A DNA stretch of 64,000 nucleotides from an uncultured Acidobacteriota bacterium (lineage in GTDB: Bacteria; Acidobacteriota; Vicinamibacteria; Vicinamibacterales; UBA2999). The stretch covers positions 79,702 through 143,701 of the forward strand of contig CAVUKN010000002.1 in the NCBI GenBank assembly GCA_963742105.1. The letters run 5' to 3'. This document shows, in pieces, positions 47,609 through 57,391 of the stretch. The position numbers and the translations under genes were made by a program. Each line of letters starts with the position of its first letter. Position 1 is the stretch's first letter. The notes below the pieces were generated by a model that saw nothing but the letters and a program-made list of their open reading frames with translations, was not told the DNA's origin and did no database searches.

Positions 47609-48244
47609 ATGGACGTCGGGACAGTCGCCAACATCATCGTGTCGCACGGCTATCCCGCCATCGCGCTGATCATCGGCCTCGAAAGCATGGGGTTGCCGCT
47701 GCCTGGGGAAACAGCGCTCATTACGGCGGCTATCTACGCCGGGTCCACGCATACACTCGCGATTGGACCTCTGGTGGCAGCGGCTGCCGCAGGAGCGATC
47801 GCCGGAGACTCGGCCGGCTTCTGGATTGGCCGCTGGGTGGGAGATTCGTTGATCCTGCGGCATGGACCGCGGCTGCGGCTGACGCCGGCGAGGCTCGCCG
47901 CCGGACAGCACCTGTTCAATCGATACGGCGGTACGGTGGTCTTCTTCGGTCGCTTCGTTGCCCTGCTACGGACGCTTGCTGCACTGCTGGCCGGTGTCAA
48001 TCACATGCCGTGGCAGCGCTTCCTGGCGTTCAATGCCGCCGGCGGATTTGCGTGGGCAGCATCAATCGGCTTGGGCGCCTACTTTCTCGGCCAACGTATC
48101 GAAGAGGTACGAAGTGTCATCGGCATTGTCGGGGTGATTGCCGCTATTGCCGCGGGTGCCGTGTTCTGGTTGCTGTTCAAACGGTACGAGTCGCGATGGC
48201 TCACCAGGTTCGTGCCTCAGCACGACGGTTCGCCCAGCCGTTAG
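47609..48244 (+). CDS. DedA-family membrane protein
   Basis: ESMGLPLPGE, GAIAGD..GFWIGR, FFGRFVALLR. Confidence 0.92.
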   Translation: MDVGTVANIIVSHGYPAIALIIGLESMGLPLPGETALITAAIYAGSTHTLAIGPLVAAAAAGAIAGDSAGFWIGRWVGDSLILRHGPRLRLTPARLAAGQHLFNRYGGTVVFFGRFVALLRTLAALLAGVNHMPWQRFLAFNAAGGFAWAASIGLGAYFLGQRIEEVRSVIGIVGVIAAIAAGAVFWLLFKRYESRWLTRFVPQHDGSPSR

Positions 48245-48291
48245 GTAAGACGGCCTCGATTCTGCAACGTCCGACAGTTGGAGGAGTATTC

Positions 48292-48609
48292 ATGAAACGC
48301 ACTCTTGCGGGATGCCTCGTCGCGATGATGGCGATTAGCGGGTCAGCATACGCACAATCGAGCGGAACCAAGGAAGAAACGAAGGAGGCCGGGTCGTCTG
48401 CAAAGGACGCCGGCAAGGCCGCCGCCGACGCCGGCAAGCACGCGGGCAAGGCGGCAGAGAATGCCACGAAGAAGACGGGCAAGACCGTCAAGAAGACTGT
48501 TACTGGCGATGCGCACGCCACCTGCGTCGACGGCACGCGCCAGGCCGGTACCACTGAAGAGGCTGCCGCCGCGGCATGCGGTGCTCACGGTGGCGTGGCC
48601 AAGAAGTAG
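48292..48609 (+). CDS. Small secreted protein with DUF3761-like C-terminus
   Basis: GGAGGAG RBS; signal peptide; ATCVDGT...ACGAHGGV. Confidence 0.7.
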   Translation: MKRTLAGCLVAMMAISGSAYAQSSGTKEETKEAGSSAKDAGKAAADAGKHAGKAAENATKKTGKTVKKTVTGDAHATCVDGTRQAGTTEEAAAAACGAHGGVAKK

Positions 48610-48685
48610 CCGATGACGCCGGTGCGATCGACCTCCGAGCGCACCGGCTCTACACACGAGTAGAATCGGCATCCTCGATGGGAGG

Positions 48686-49165
48686 ATGTCCATGGATGGC
48701 GTTATTGCCGAACTCGTGACCCGGTTCGAACGCGGCGGGCTGACCCGGCGCCAGGTGGTGCAAGCTCTCGCGGCACTCGTTGCGGCCGGGGACGCCTCGG
48801 TCGCGGCTGCCCAAACCACCGGGCTGCTGGCGACGGGGATTAACCACACGTCGGTCCTTGTCACCGACCTCACGCGGTCCGCGGACTTCTACGGCCGCAT
48901 CTTCGGGTTGAAGACCGTCAGCGAAGACAAGCCCAACAAGATTCTTCGGCTCGGGACCGGCGGCTCCGGAGTCTCCAGCACCCTGGTGTCTCTGCGACAA
49001 CAGCCACCGGCCGGCTCCATCGATCACTTCGCGATCAGCGTTCAGGGGTTCAACCGCGATAACGTGACGCAGGTGCTGAAACAGCATGGCCTCGCGCCAG
49101 CGGACAATGTCGAGTTCGGCTTCCACGTCAAGGATCCGGACGGCGCCGTGGTGCAGATCGTCTAG
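48686..49165 (+). CDS. VOC/glyoxalase protein with Tat-like signal
   Basis: LTRRQVVQAL; INHTSVLVTDL; IDHFAI; KDPDG. Confidence 0.88.
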   Translation: MSMDGVIAELVTRFERGGLTRRQVVQALAALVAAGDASVAAAQTTGLLATGINHTSVLVTDLTRSADFYGRIFGLKTVSEDKPNKILRLGTGGSGVSSTLVSLRQQPPAGSIDHFAISVQGFNRDNVTQVLKQHGLAPADNVEFGFHVKDPDGAVVQIV

Positions 49166-49247
49166 AGCGGCCCTCGTAATGGATGATTGACCAATCCCGA
49201 TCACGCTATCCTGTGCCCGCCTCCCCGGCACGCAGCGGAGAACGACA

Positions 49248-50033
49248 ATGCCGAGCCATTTCATCTGGTACGAACTGCTCACGCCCGACGTCGAGGCGTC
49301 ACAGCGTTTTTACACCGCCGTCGTCGGCTGGGCGGTGAACCCGAGTCACCATGCTGCCAGCCACTATCGCCACCTCACTGCACCCGACGGTGAAAGCGTC
49401 GGCGGCATGCTGCAGCTTACCGAGCAGATGACTGCGGGAGGCGCTCGCCCGGTCTGGCTCGGTTACATCGACGTGCCCGACGTGGACGCCGCAGTCACGT
49501 CGATCGAAGCACAGGGCGGCAGGACGCAGATGCCGGCGATGACGATCGAGAGCGTCGGCCGGATGGCGATGGTGGCCGATCCCCAGGGTGCGCCTTTCTA
49601 CGTGATGACGCCGACACCTCCTCCCGATCGTCCTGACGCGCGGAGCACGGCGTTCCTGCGGAATGCGGTGGGCCACTGCGGCTGGAACGAACTGGCGGCG
49701 AGCGATCCCAAGAAGGCCTTCGCGTTCTACACGGGCCAGTTCGGATGGATCGACGGCGGCTCGATGCCGATGGGCGAGGTGGGGGACTACCAGTTCTTCA
49801 ACGACGAGAGTGGCATGATCGGCGCCGTCATGAGCAGTTCCGCCGGTAGTCGGCCGTCGCTGTGGACCTACTACTTCCGGGTCGCCGACATCGATGCCGC
49901 GAAGGCAGCCGTCGAGGCAGGTGGCGGGACTGTCATGCACGGCCCGCAGGATGTTCCCGGTGGTGACTACATCCTCATTGGTGTCGATCCGCAGCACGCC
50001 ATGTTCGCGCTGATCGGACCACGGCGGAGCTGA
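49248..50033 (+). CDS. Two-domain VOC/glyoxalase protein
   Basis: FIWYELLTPD; GRMAMVADPQGA; WNELAASD; DPQHAMF. Confidence 0.92.
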   Translation: MPSHFIWYELLTPDVEASQRFYTAVVGWAVNPSHHAASHYRHLTAPDGESVGGMLQLTEQMTAGGARPVWLGYIDVPDVDAAVTSIEAQGGRTQMPAMTIESVGRMAMVADPQGAPFYVMTPTPPPDRPDARSTAFLRNAVGHCGWNELAASDPKKAFAFYTGQFGWIDGGSMPMGEVGDYQFFNDESGMIGAVMSSSAGSRPSLWTYYFRVADIDAAKAAVEAGGGTVMHGPQDVPGGDYILIGVDPQHAMFALIGPRRS

Positions 50034-50143
50034 GTCGTTCGGGTCGTTCGGATCGTTTGCTGGTTCGAGTTGATGATCCGAATTCGCATAGTCCTGCCTC
50101 GCTGGCGGAGGTAGTAGAAGCTCTGACACGAAAGGACGTCATC

Positions 50144-50431
50144 GTGCCGGCACACGTCATCGTTCAATTCGCCGCGGAATACGAGGGCGCGCGCGGGAAG
50201 CCTGAAGAAGGCAAGACTGCCGCGCCTCCTGTGACCGCCCGGGTGAAAAGACTTGTGGCCGACCATGACGGCCAGTTGTCCCTCACTCCTTCGGAACCCG
50301 GAACCTCCCCCCCTTCCATGGCCATGATCACCGTTCCGGACATGGACCGGGCCAATGCGCTCGCCAACGCGCTGCGCGACCTCGACGGAGTTGAAACGGC
50401 GTACTCCAAACCGGGCGAGGAACTGCCTTAA
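50144..50431 (+). CDS. Small protein resembling a stand-alone subtilase prodomain/inhibitor
   Basis: AAAGGA RBS + GTG; C-terminus LRDLDGVETAYSKPGEELP parallels LAASELVDAAFVKPGTELP in the downstream S8 prodomain. Confidence 0.65.
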   Translation: MPAHVIVQFAAEYEGARGKPEEGKTAAPPVTARVKRLVADHDGQLSLTPSEPGTSPPSMAMITVPDMDRANALANALRDLDGVETAYSKPGEELP

Positions 50432-50446
50432 CGACGGAGCACCGAC

Positions 50447-52391
50447 ATGGCACGAAAACGCGCGCGCACCAGCCAGAAATCTCAGTCTTCAGCGGTCATG
50501 CTGCCAGGCGAACTGGTCGTCGTGACCCGGCGGGAGGCGGCCTTCCGGTCGTCCGCCGGCCGGTTCGAGTCGGCGTCGGGTCAGAACGTGTCCGACCTGG
50601 CCAACCTGTTGAAGCGGCACGGCGCCAGAATGAGCCCGATCTTTGGCGCCACCGAGGAGCGCGTCATGGCGCGCATGGCCGCGGTTCGGGAAGCGGCACA
50701 CGCCCCGATGGAGGACCTGTCGGTGTTCTATCGCGTCGACGCGCCCGCCCGAGCGACTCCCGGAGCTTCGCGATCGATTGGCGGCCAGCGAACTCGTGGA
50801 TGCCGCGTTCGTCAAGCCCGGGACCGAGCTCCCCGCGATCAACGACATGACCGCTGCGCCCGAGGAGCCCCCACCGGCAAGCCCCGACTTCAGCGCGCGG
50901 CAGACGTATCTGGACGCTGCGCCGGGCGGCGTCGACGCCCGCTGGGCATGGACCCAGTCGGGTGGCCGCGGCCGCGACGTCCGGATCTTCGACGTCGAGG
51001 GCAACTGGCGCTTCACGCATGAGGATTTGACCCAGAACCAGGGTGGTGTCGTCGGCGGTTCACCGCTTGCCGGTGTGGACTGGACCAATCACGGCACCGC
51101 CGTGCTCGGCGAGTTCAGCGGCGACGTCAACAGCATCGGCATCGTCGGTATCTCTTCGGATGCCACCGTCAGCGCGGTGTCGCACGGGGGCATCGGATCG
51201 GCCGCGGCGATCAACCAGGCCGCCTCGCGCTGCCGCGCCGGCGACATCATCCTGCTCGAGATGCATCGACCCGGACCCCGCTTCAATTTCGCATCCCGCA
51301 CCGACCAGCGCGGATACATCGCGGTCGAATGGTGGCCTGACGACTTCGCGGCGATCGTCAACGCGACCAGCCGCGGGATCATCGTGGTCGAAGCCGCGGG
51401 GAACGGCGCCGAGAATCTCGACGATGCGCTGTATCAGACAGCGGCGGCCGGCTTCCCGTCCGGGTGGCGAAATTCGTTCCGTCGATCGAATCGCGACTCG
51501 GGAGCCATTGTCGTCGGAGCCGGCGCCCCGCCTCCAGGCACGCACGGTCGCGATTGGGGTCCCGACCGGTCCCGTCTCGACTTCTCGAACTGGGGTGCAC
51601 TGATCGACGCGCAGGGCTGGGGCCGCGAGGTGACGTCCTGCGGGTATGGCGATCTGCAGGGTGGCACGAGCGAGGATCTCTGGTATACCGACACCTTCAG
51701 CGGTACGTCGAGCGCGTCGCCCATCGTTGTCGGCGTCATTGCCTGCGCACAGGGCATCGCGAAGGCGCGTGGCAGCGCGGTGCTCACGTTCACGCAGATC
51801 CGGAACTGCCTCCGGTCGACGGGATCTCCCCAGCAGGACGCGCCAGGGCGTCCCGCATCCCAGCGCATCGGCAATCGTCCCGACCTGCGCGCCTTCATCG
51901 CCTGCGCATTGCCGAAGCGGAAGGAACTCGTCAAGGAGATCGCCAAAGAAATCGCCAAGGAGGCGGTCAAGGAAATCAAGGACACGAAGGAAGTCAAGGA
52001 AATCAAGGAGAAGGAAACGAAAGAGCTCGTCAAGGAGGTCAAAGAGAAGGACGTCAAGGAGTTCAAGGAAGGCAAAGAGGTCAAGGAGACGATCAAGGCC
52101 GAAGGCAAGGAACTGAAAGAGAAGGACAAGGATAAGGACCTTGTCGAGGGCAAACTGATCGAGAACAAAGTCGCTGAAACCCTCGGTGGCCTGCAGCAGT
52201 TGAACACGGGGGCAGGAGGAGCGGGCGTCGGCGAGCGGCTGTCGGCTCTCGAACAGACGGTCCAACAGCTGGTTCACTTCATCGGCCAGGAACTCCGGCC
52301 CGACCTCAGTCGATCCGCGCTTCAGGGCAGCAGCCAGGCGGCCAAGGACGATAAGGATCTCAAGGACTCGGAGAAAGGGTCCGAGTCGTAG
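50447..52391 (+). CDS. S8 serine peptidase with Lys/Glu-repeat C-terminal tail; frameshift near 50748
   Basis: Catalytic IFDVEGNW (Asp), NHGTAVLG (His), AAGNG (oxyanion Asn), FSGTSSASP (Ser); ORFs 50447 and 50643 join at RVDAPA/ERLPEL after removing one C. Confidence 0.9.
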
Positions 52392-52434
52392 CCTCCTGAC
52401 CGGCGCCAGCATCCTGGCGCCGGTCATCACCCTG

Positions 52435-53145
52435 ATGCTGGTGATTCTGTGTCATCCCGACGACACTTCTGCGCTCTGGCTCGATCGCCAGCTATCGGAA
52501 GCCGGCGTGGACGTCACGCTGGTGTCGGTCGAACAACTGGTGTTCAGCCGGAGCATCACGCACGCACTCACCTCGACGGCTGATACCGGCACCATCCGGC
52601 TCGCTGACGGCCGCGTGTTGCATCCCGAAGCCATCGCCGGGCTGATCAACAGGGTGCGATTCGTCCCGACGCAGCACTTCACCAATGCAGCTACCGGCGA
52701 TCGTGAGTACGCGACGGCGGAGCTCCACGCCTTCCTGCTGGCGTGGCTCAATGGCGTTGCCGGTCGCGTGTTGAACCCCGCTCGACCGCTGCTCCTCGGC
52801 GGCGGCATCAACGACATGGCCGCCATCCGACACTATGCGGCCCTGGCGGGGCTGCCGGCGCCGGGATGGAGTCGAACCACCCGTCGCGTCGATCTTGACA
52901 GCCCCGTCTCTCCGACCCACAACGTCATCGTCCTCGACGGCCGAGGATTCGGTCCGATCATTCCCGCGGAACTTCTGGGCGGATGCGGCCGTCTGGCGGC
53001 GTATCTGGGTACGCCGCTGCTGCAGATCGCGTTCTCGCGGAACGCAGTCGGGAGGTGGGAGTTTCTCCACGCAACGGCGAAGGTCGACTTCGAACGCGGC
53101 GGCCGGCCGCTGGCCGCCGCGCTCGCGCGCACGGTGGCCGCGTGA
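52435..53145 (+). CDS. Degenerate ATP-grasp-like accessory protein
   Basis: LVILCHPDD...INRV...LLAWL...VLNP..AALAGLPAP resembles the N-half of ATP-grasp ligases; canonical ExN motif absent; GTGA overlap with next gene. Confidence 0.6.
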   Translation: MLVILCHPDDTSALWLDRQLSEAGVDVTLVSVEQLVFSRSITHALTSTADTGTIRLADGRVLHPEAIAGLINRVRFVPTQHFTNAATGDREYATAELHAFLLAWLNGVAGRVLNPARPLLLGGGINDMAAIRHYAALAGLPAPGWSRTTRRVDLDSPVSPTHNVIVLDGRGFGPIIPAELLGGCGRLAAYLGTPLLQIAFSRNAVGRWEFLHATAKVDFERGGRPLAAALARTVAA

Positions 53146-54095
53146 TCCTGATCGCCGGGATCTCCGACGAAACACCGGTGTCGCAAGTAATCGAGGCGCT
53201 CGAAGGCAGCGGCGCGGAGTATCGCGTGTTCGATCAGCGCGGTGTTGCCGCGGTGCACATGACTCTCGAGATCGGAGATGCCGCGGCGGGAGGAGCGCTC
53301 GGCGGGTACCTCGAACTGGACGGCGAGACCGTTCCCCTGTGCCGTATCACCGGACTCTACTTGCGGACGATGGACGACCGCCTGCTGCCGGAGATCGTCA
53401 ATGCGCCGGTCGGTGCACCGCAACGCCTCCACGCGCGCCGACTGCACGAGCTCCTGCTGGCATGGGCCGACCTGATGCCCGGCCGCGTACTCAACCGTCC
53501 GACGGCGATGGCGTCCAATCAGTCAAAACCGTACCAGGCCCAAATCATCCGAGAGGTCGGATTCGGGATTGCGGAGACGTGCATCACCAACGACCCGGAC
53601 GCCGCGCGCGCGTTCATCGCGCGCATTTGGGGGGAAGGCGGCGGCGTGATCTACAAGTCGATCAGCGGCATCCGTTCGATCGTCCAGAAGGTGACGAAGC
53701 ACGACCTCGATCGGCTCGATCGGATCCGCTGGTGCCCGACCCAGTTCCAGCGGCTTGTGGAGGGACAGGACATCAGGGCGCATGTGATCGGTCGCACGGT
53801 GATCGCGACCGCGATTGCGAGCGCCGGCGTCGACTACCGCTATGCCGCGCGCGACACCGGGACACCGGCGCAGCTCGAGGCCGTGACGCTGGAACCAGCG
53901 ACGGTAGCGCGCTGCGTGGCGCTGTCGCAGCGTCTGGAGCTACCGCTGGCCGGCATCGATCTGCGGCGGACGCCGGATGGGGAGATGGTCTGCTTCGAGG
54001 TCAACCCGAGCCCCGCCTTCAGCTTCTACCAGCAGGGCGCCAGCCAGTCGATCGCCACGTGTATTGCGCACTACCTGGCCGGTGACTGCGATTGA
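53142..54095 (+). CDS. RimK-like ATP-grasp ligase
   Basis: VLNRP...NQSKPYQ, IYKSISG, FQRLVEGQDIRAHVIG, AGIDLRRTPDGEMVCFEVNPSP. Confidence 0.9.
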   Translation: MILIAGISDETPVSQVIEALEGSGAEYRVFDQRGVAAVHMTLEIGDAAAGGALGGYLELDGETVPLCRITGLYLRTMDDRLLPEIVNAPVGAPQRLHARRLHELLLAWADLMPGRVLNRPTAMASNQSKPYQAQIIREVGFGIAETCITNDPDAARAFIARIWGEGGGVIYKSISGIRSIVQKVTKHDLDRLDRIRWCPTQFQRLVEGQDIRAHVIGRTVIATAIASAGVDYRYAARDTGTPAQLEAVTLEPATVARCVALSQRLELPLAGIDLRRTPDGEMVCFEVNPSPAFSFYQQGASQSIATCIAHYLAGDCD

Positions 54096-54133
54096 GCGTG
54101 AACGATCGAACGATTCGAACGACTCGAACGATT

Positions 54134-54796
54134 CTAGAACTTCGCCTCCTGCACCAGCCCGACCACACCGTTCCAGAAGATCGCGACACCCACACACAGC
54201 AGGATGAACGCGGACAGTCGCAGGAACACATTGGTTCCCGTTTCCCCAAGCGCGCCGATCAGTCGGGTGGCAAAGCGGTAACAGACGTTGATGGTCACCG
54301 CGACAATGGCGGCGCCGATAATGCCTGCACCGACACGTATCAGGCCGGCCGGCCGATCGAGCGCAGCGCCGGCACCGAGCGTGATGGCGACGGAGATCGA
54401 CCCGGGACCGACCGTCAGCGGGAAGGTGAGCGGGTAGAAACCGCGCTTCGCGGCCTCGCGTTGCCACGCATCGGTGATGCTCGTGGGTGGCGCGTCGGAC
54501 GCGTCGGGCGTATCACCGGCGTGCAGCAGTTTCCAACCGGTTGAAAGCAGCACGAGTCCGCCCGCAACCCTGACGATCGGGATCGAGATGCCGAAAAAGG
54601 CAAGGAGATGCGAGCCGCCCAGCATCGCGGCGACCAGCAGCAGGAAGGCGTTCCTCGCCACCACCCAGGCGAGCTGCTGGCGGGCGGCCGCCGGCAGATC
54701 CGCCGAATGCGCAAGAAAGATCGGCGCGCTGCCTAAGGGGTTGACGATCGGCAGCAGCGCCGCGACGGTGACGAGGATCGCCTCGAGTCCCTGCAT
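54134..54796 (-). CDS. MarC-family membrane protein
   Basis: IVNPLG, RVAGGLVL, YPLTFPLTVGPGSI, RLSAFILLCVGV. Confidence 0.92.
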   Translation of the reverse strand: MQGLEAILVTVAALLPIVNPLGSAPIFLAHSADLPAAARQQLAWVVARNAFLLLVAAMLGGSHLLAFFGISIPIVRVAGGLVLLSTGWKLLHAGDTPDASDAPPTSITDAWQREAAKRGFYPLTFPLTVGPGSISVAITLGAGAALDRPAGLIRVGAGIIGAAIVAVTINVCYRFATRLIGALGETGTNVFLRLSAFILLCVGVAIFWNGVVGLVQEAKF

Positions 54797-54855
54797 GCGT
54801 CCGTGGCTCGGCTGAACTGCCGGTCATCCGCGGCTTCCCGTCGCCAACGGGCCGC

Positions 54856-55551
54856 TCAGAAGCGTACGCCGATGCTGCCGGAGATCTCCACGTTGTGCAG
54901 CGTCGCATCGTCGTCGATGCCGACCTCGTGAGCGATGTCTGTCAGGTCGAAATCGTCGGGACCGATTTTGGTGATGTGATCGCGCACGTCGCCGCGCAGC
55001 GTCAATCCTTTGATGTTGACCTTCAGGCCACCGCCAAAATTCCAGCCTGCCTTCTCCACCTTGGCGTCGATGGAGCTTGTTCCGCTACCGACGTTGAGGT
55101 CGAAGTCGTAGGAGTGCCATCCCGCACCGACGCTGAGGAACGGCTTGACCGGACCAGGAAGAAGGAAGAACAGGATGTTGCCCTCACCGTAGTAGACCTT
55201 GGCGTCGAGCCCGACGGGAACATTAGTCCCAGAAATCGACACACCAGCCGGGCTCACGACAAAGCTGCCCTCGAGGCCGATAAAGCCTCCCATCCAGCCG
55301 GCCCGGAAGCCGTAGAGCGGACCATTGTCGAACGTCGACTTCAGTGAGCTGGTGCCCTGGAGCAGGTTGTTCAAATCGCCACCGAGCATGCCGCCGATCA
55401 CACCGCTGACTTCCGGCTGTGCATAGGCCCTGGCCGGCAAGAGCATCAGCCCGCCAACCATCGCGATGAAAGTCGTGGCCCGCAGCCAACGGGCAGTTGT
55501 GTTCATGCACGCACGATTCCGCATAGTCATCTCCTGAGGGTTCGATGCCAT
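54856..55551 (-). CDS. Outer-membrane beta-barrel protein
   Basis: Signal peptide; amphipathic strands; C-terminal IGVRF; start uncertain. Confidence 0.8.
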   Translation of the reverse strand: MASNPQEMTMRNRACMNTTARWLRATTFIAMVGGLMLLPARAYAQPEVSGVIGGMLGGDLNNLLQGTSSLKSTFDNGPLYGFRAGWMGGFIGLEGSFVVSPAGVSISGTNVPVGLDAKVYYGEGNILFFLLPGPVKPFLSVGAGWHSYDFDLNVGSGTSSIDAKVEKAGWNFGGGLKVNIKGLTLRGDVRDHITKIGPDDFDLTDIAHEVGIDDDATLHNVEISGSIGVRF

Positions 55552-55644
55552 CGTGACGGATTCCGCTAAAGCAGGCTGTGCGTTTCCGGCGGTCTCAGCC
55601 CACTCGGTATCGAGCTGCCCCAGCTTCTATAATCGGGTCGAGCC

Positions 55645-56659
55645 ATGTTCGGCACCGACCTTCCGATCATCCAGGCACCGATGGCCGGTGCACAGGGCAG
55701 CGCGATGGCCATTGGCGTGTGCAACGCAGGCGGAATGGGATCGTTGCCATGCGCGATGCTCACGCCGGATGGCATCGCGAAGGAAATCGCGCAGATCCGC
55801 GCGCACGTCCAGGGCCCGTTCAACGTCAACTTCTTCTGTCACACGCCACCTGAACCTGACGCCGAACGCGAGCGCACGTGGCGAACGCTGCTCTCGCCCT
55901 ATTACGCGGAACTCGGCCTCGAGCCACCAGCAACGAAAGGCCCGGTCCGGACGCCGTTCGATGCCGCTGCTGCTGCCGTGCTCGAGCAGCTCACACCGCC
56001 GATCGTCAGCTTCCACTTCGGACTGCCGGCCGACCCGCTGCTGCAGCGGGTCCGTGCCACCGGCGCAAAAATCTTCGCGTCGGCGACGACGGTGGACGAA
56101 GCGCTGTGGCTGCAGGGGAAAGGCGTGGACGCGGTCATCGCTCAGGGAGTCGAGGCCGGAGGACATCGCGGTATGTTCCTGTCCGACGACATCACCACGC
56201 AGGTTGGAACGATCGCGCTGGTCGCGCAACTCGTCCACGTGCTGTCGGTGCCGGTGATCGCGGCAGGCGGTATCGCCGACGCCAGCGGCGTGAGGGCGGC
56301 CCTCGCACTTGGGGCGGTGGCAGCCCAGGTTGGGTACTGCCTACCTGCTCTGCCCCGAAGCGACGACGACCGCGGTCCATCGCGCTGCGCTGAGCAGCGA
56401 CGCCGCCCGACACACGGCGTTGACCAACCTGTTCACCGGACGACCGGCCCGCGGTATCGTCAACCGCGTGATGCGTGAGCTCGGGCCGATGCGCACGGAC
56501 ATTCCGCCGTTCCCTCTCGCCTCCGCTGCGATCGTGCCGTTGCGCACCGCAGCCGAGGCCACCGGGAGTGGGGATTTCTCGCCGTTGTGGGCCGGTCAGA
56601 ACGCCGCGGGTTGCCGCGCTGTGTCCGCCGGCGCGTTGACGCGACAACTGGCGCCGTAG
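55645..56659 (+). CDS. Nitronate monooxygenase family, frameshift near 56332
   Basis: PIIQAPMAG, VSFHFGLP, AQGVEAGGHRG, IAAGGIAD, AQVG/TAYLLCPE, FTGRPARG, LWAGQ. Confidence 0.9.
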
Positions 56660-56719
56660 CTGAACGACTCGAACGATGTCCGAGAGGCTCTGACTCCCAG
56701 TCAGTCGCCGACTCGACTC

Positions 56720-57166
56720 TCATCGTGGCCGTACGTCAGGGTACGTATACACGCACGGACTGGATCCGCAGCTCCAGCGGTCCGCCTCGCCGGCTGTCGG
56801 TCCGAAAATCATCCTCGATCCGTCCGCGAAGCTGACCTCGCGTCCGCTGAATGCGCGCGCGTTCGGGTCCTTCGCCGGCCATCCCGAGATCGTGATCCTA
56901 CTGCCGGGCTGTAACCGTTCCTGGAAGTCCTTCATACGTCTCAACAATGCGCTTGGCGGGTATCCTTCGAACGCCCAGCGGCCCGTGCGACCGTCAGGCC
57001 CCGCCCCATCGACGATCAGCACGACGTGCGGATTGATGGCGCGAAGTTCGGCGACGACGCCGGTGACGGACCCCGGCCTGGACGCGTCGTAATACGGCGT
57101 GAACGGATGGTGTGCGCCGGCGGGAAGCACGGCGATCGCGACGAGAGCTGGTAACAAGAATTTCAC
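56720..57166 (-). CDS. DUF6152-family secreted protein
   Basis: AHHPFTPYYD, INPH, WAFEG, LQPGSRITISG. Confidence 0.8.
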   Translation of the reverse strand: MKFLLPALVAIAVLPAGAHHPFTPYYDASRPGSVTGVVAELRAINPHVVLIVDGAGPDGRTGRWAFEGYPPSALLRRMKDFQERLQPGSRITISGWPAKDPNARAFSGREVSFADGSRMIFGPTAGEADRWSCGSSPCVYTYPDVRPR

Positions 57167-57391
57167 GGGCTCCCCTTCTCCTGTCGACACGACCGCTGAC
57201 GCTCGGATTATCGCAGAACGATTGACAGGCTGGCGTCTGCTTCGCGACAGGTTGCGCCCTGGGCGCCGAGCCGCACGTCGAGCAGTCGCATCTCGCCCTG
57301 CAACATCTGCTGGACCTACTCGATTCAGACATTCAACGAACCCAGCCGAAAATGGGATTGCCGCGGCGCAGCTCCAAGCGTAGTGGCCGGT

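Noticed and set aside
50740..50756. Programmed frameshift in the S8 prodomain
   Set aside because: No slippery heptamer seen; similar single-base insertions occur in many unrelated genes here.
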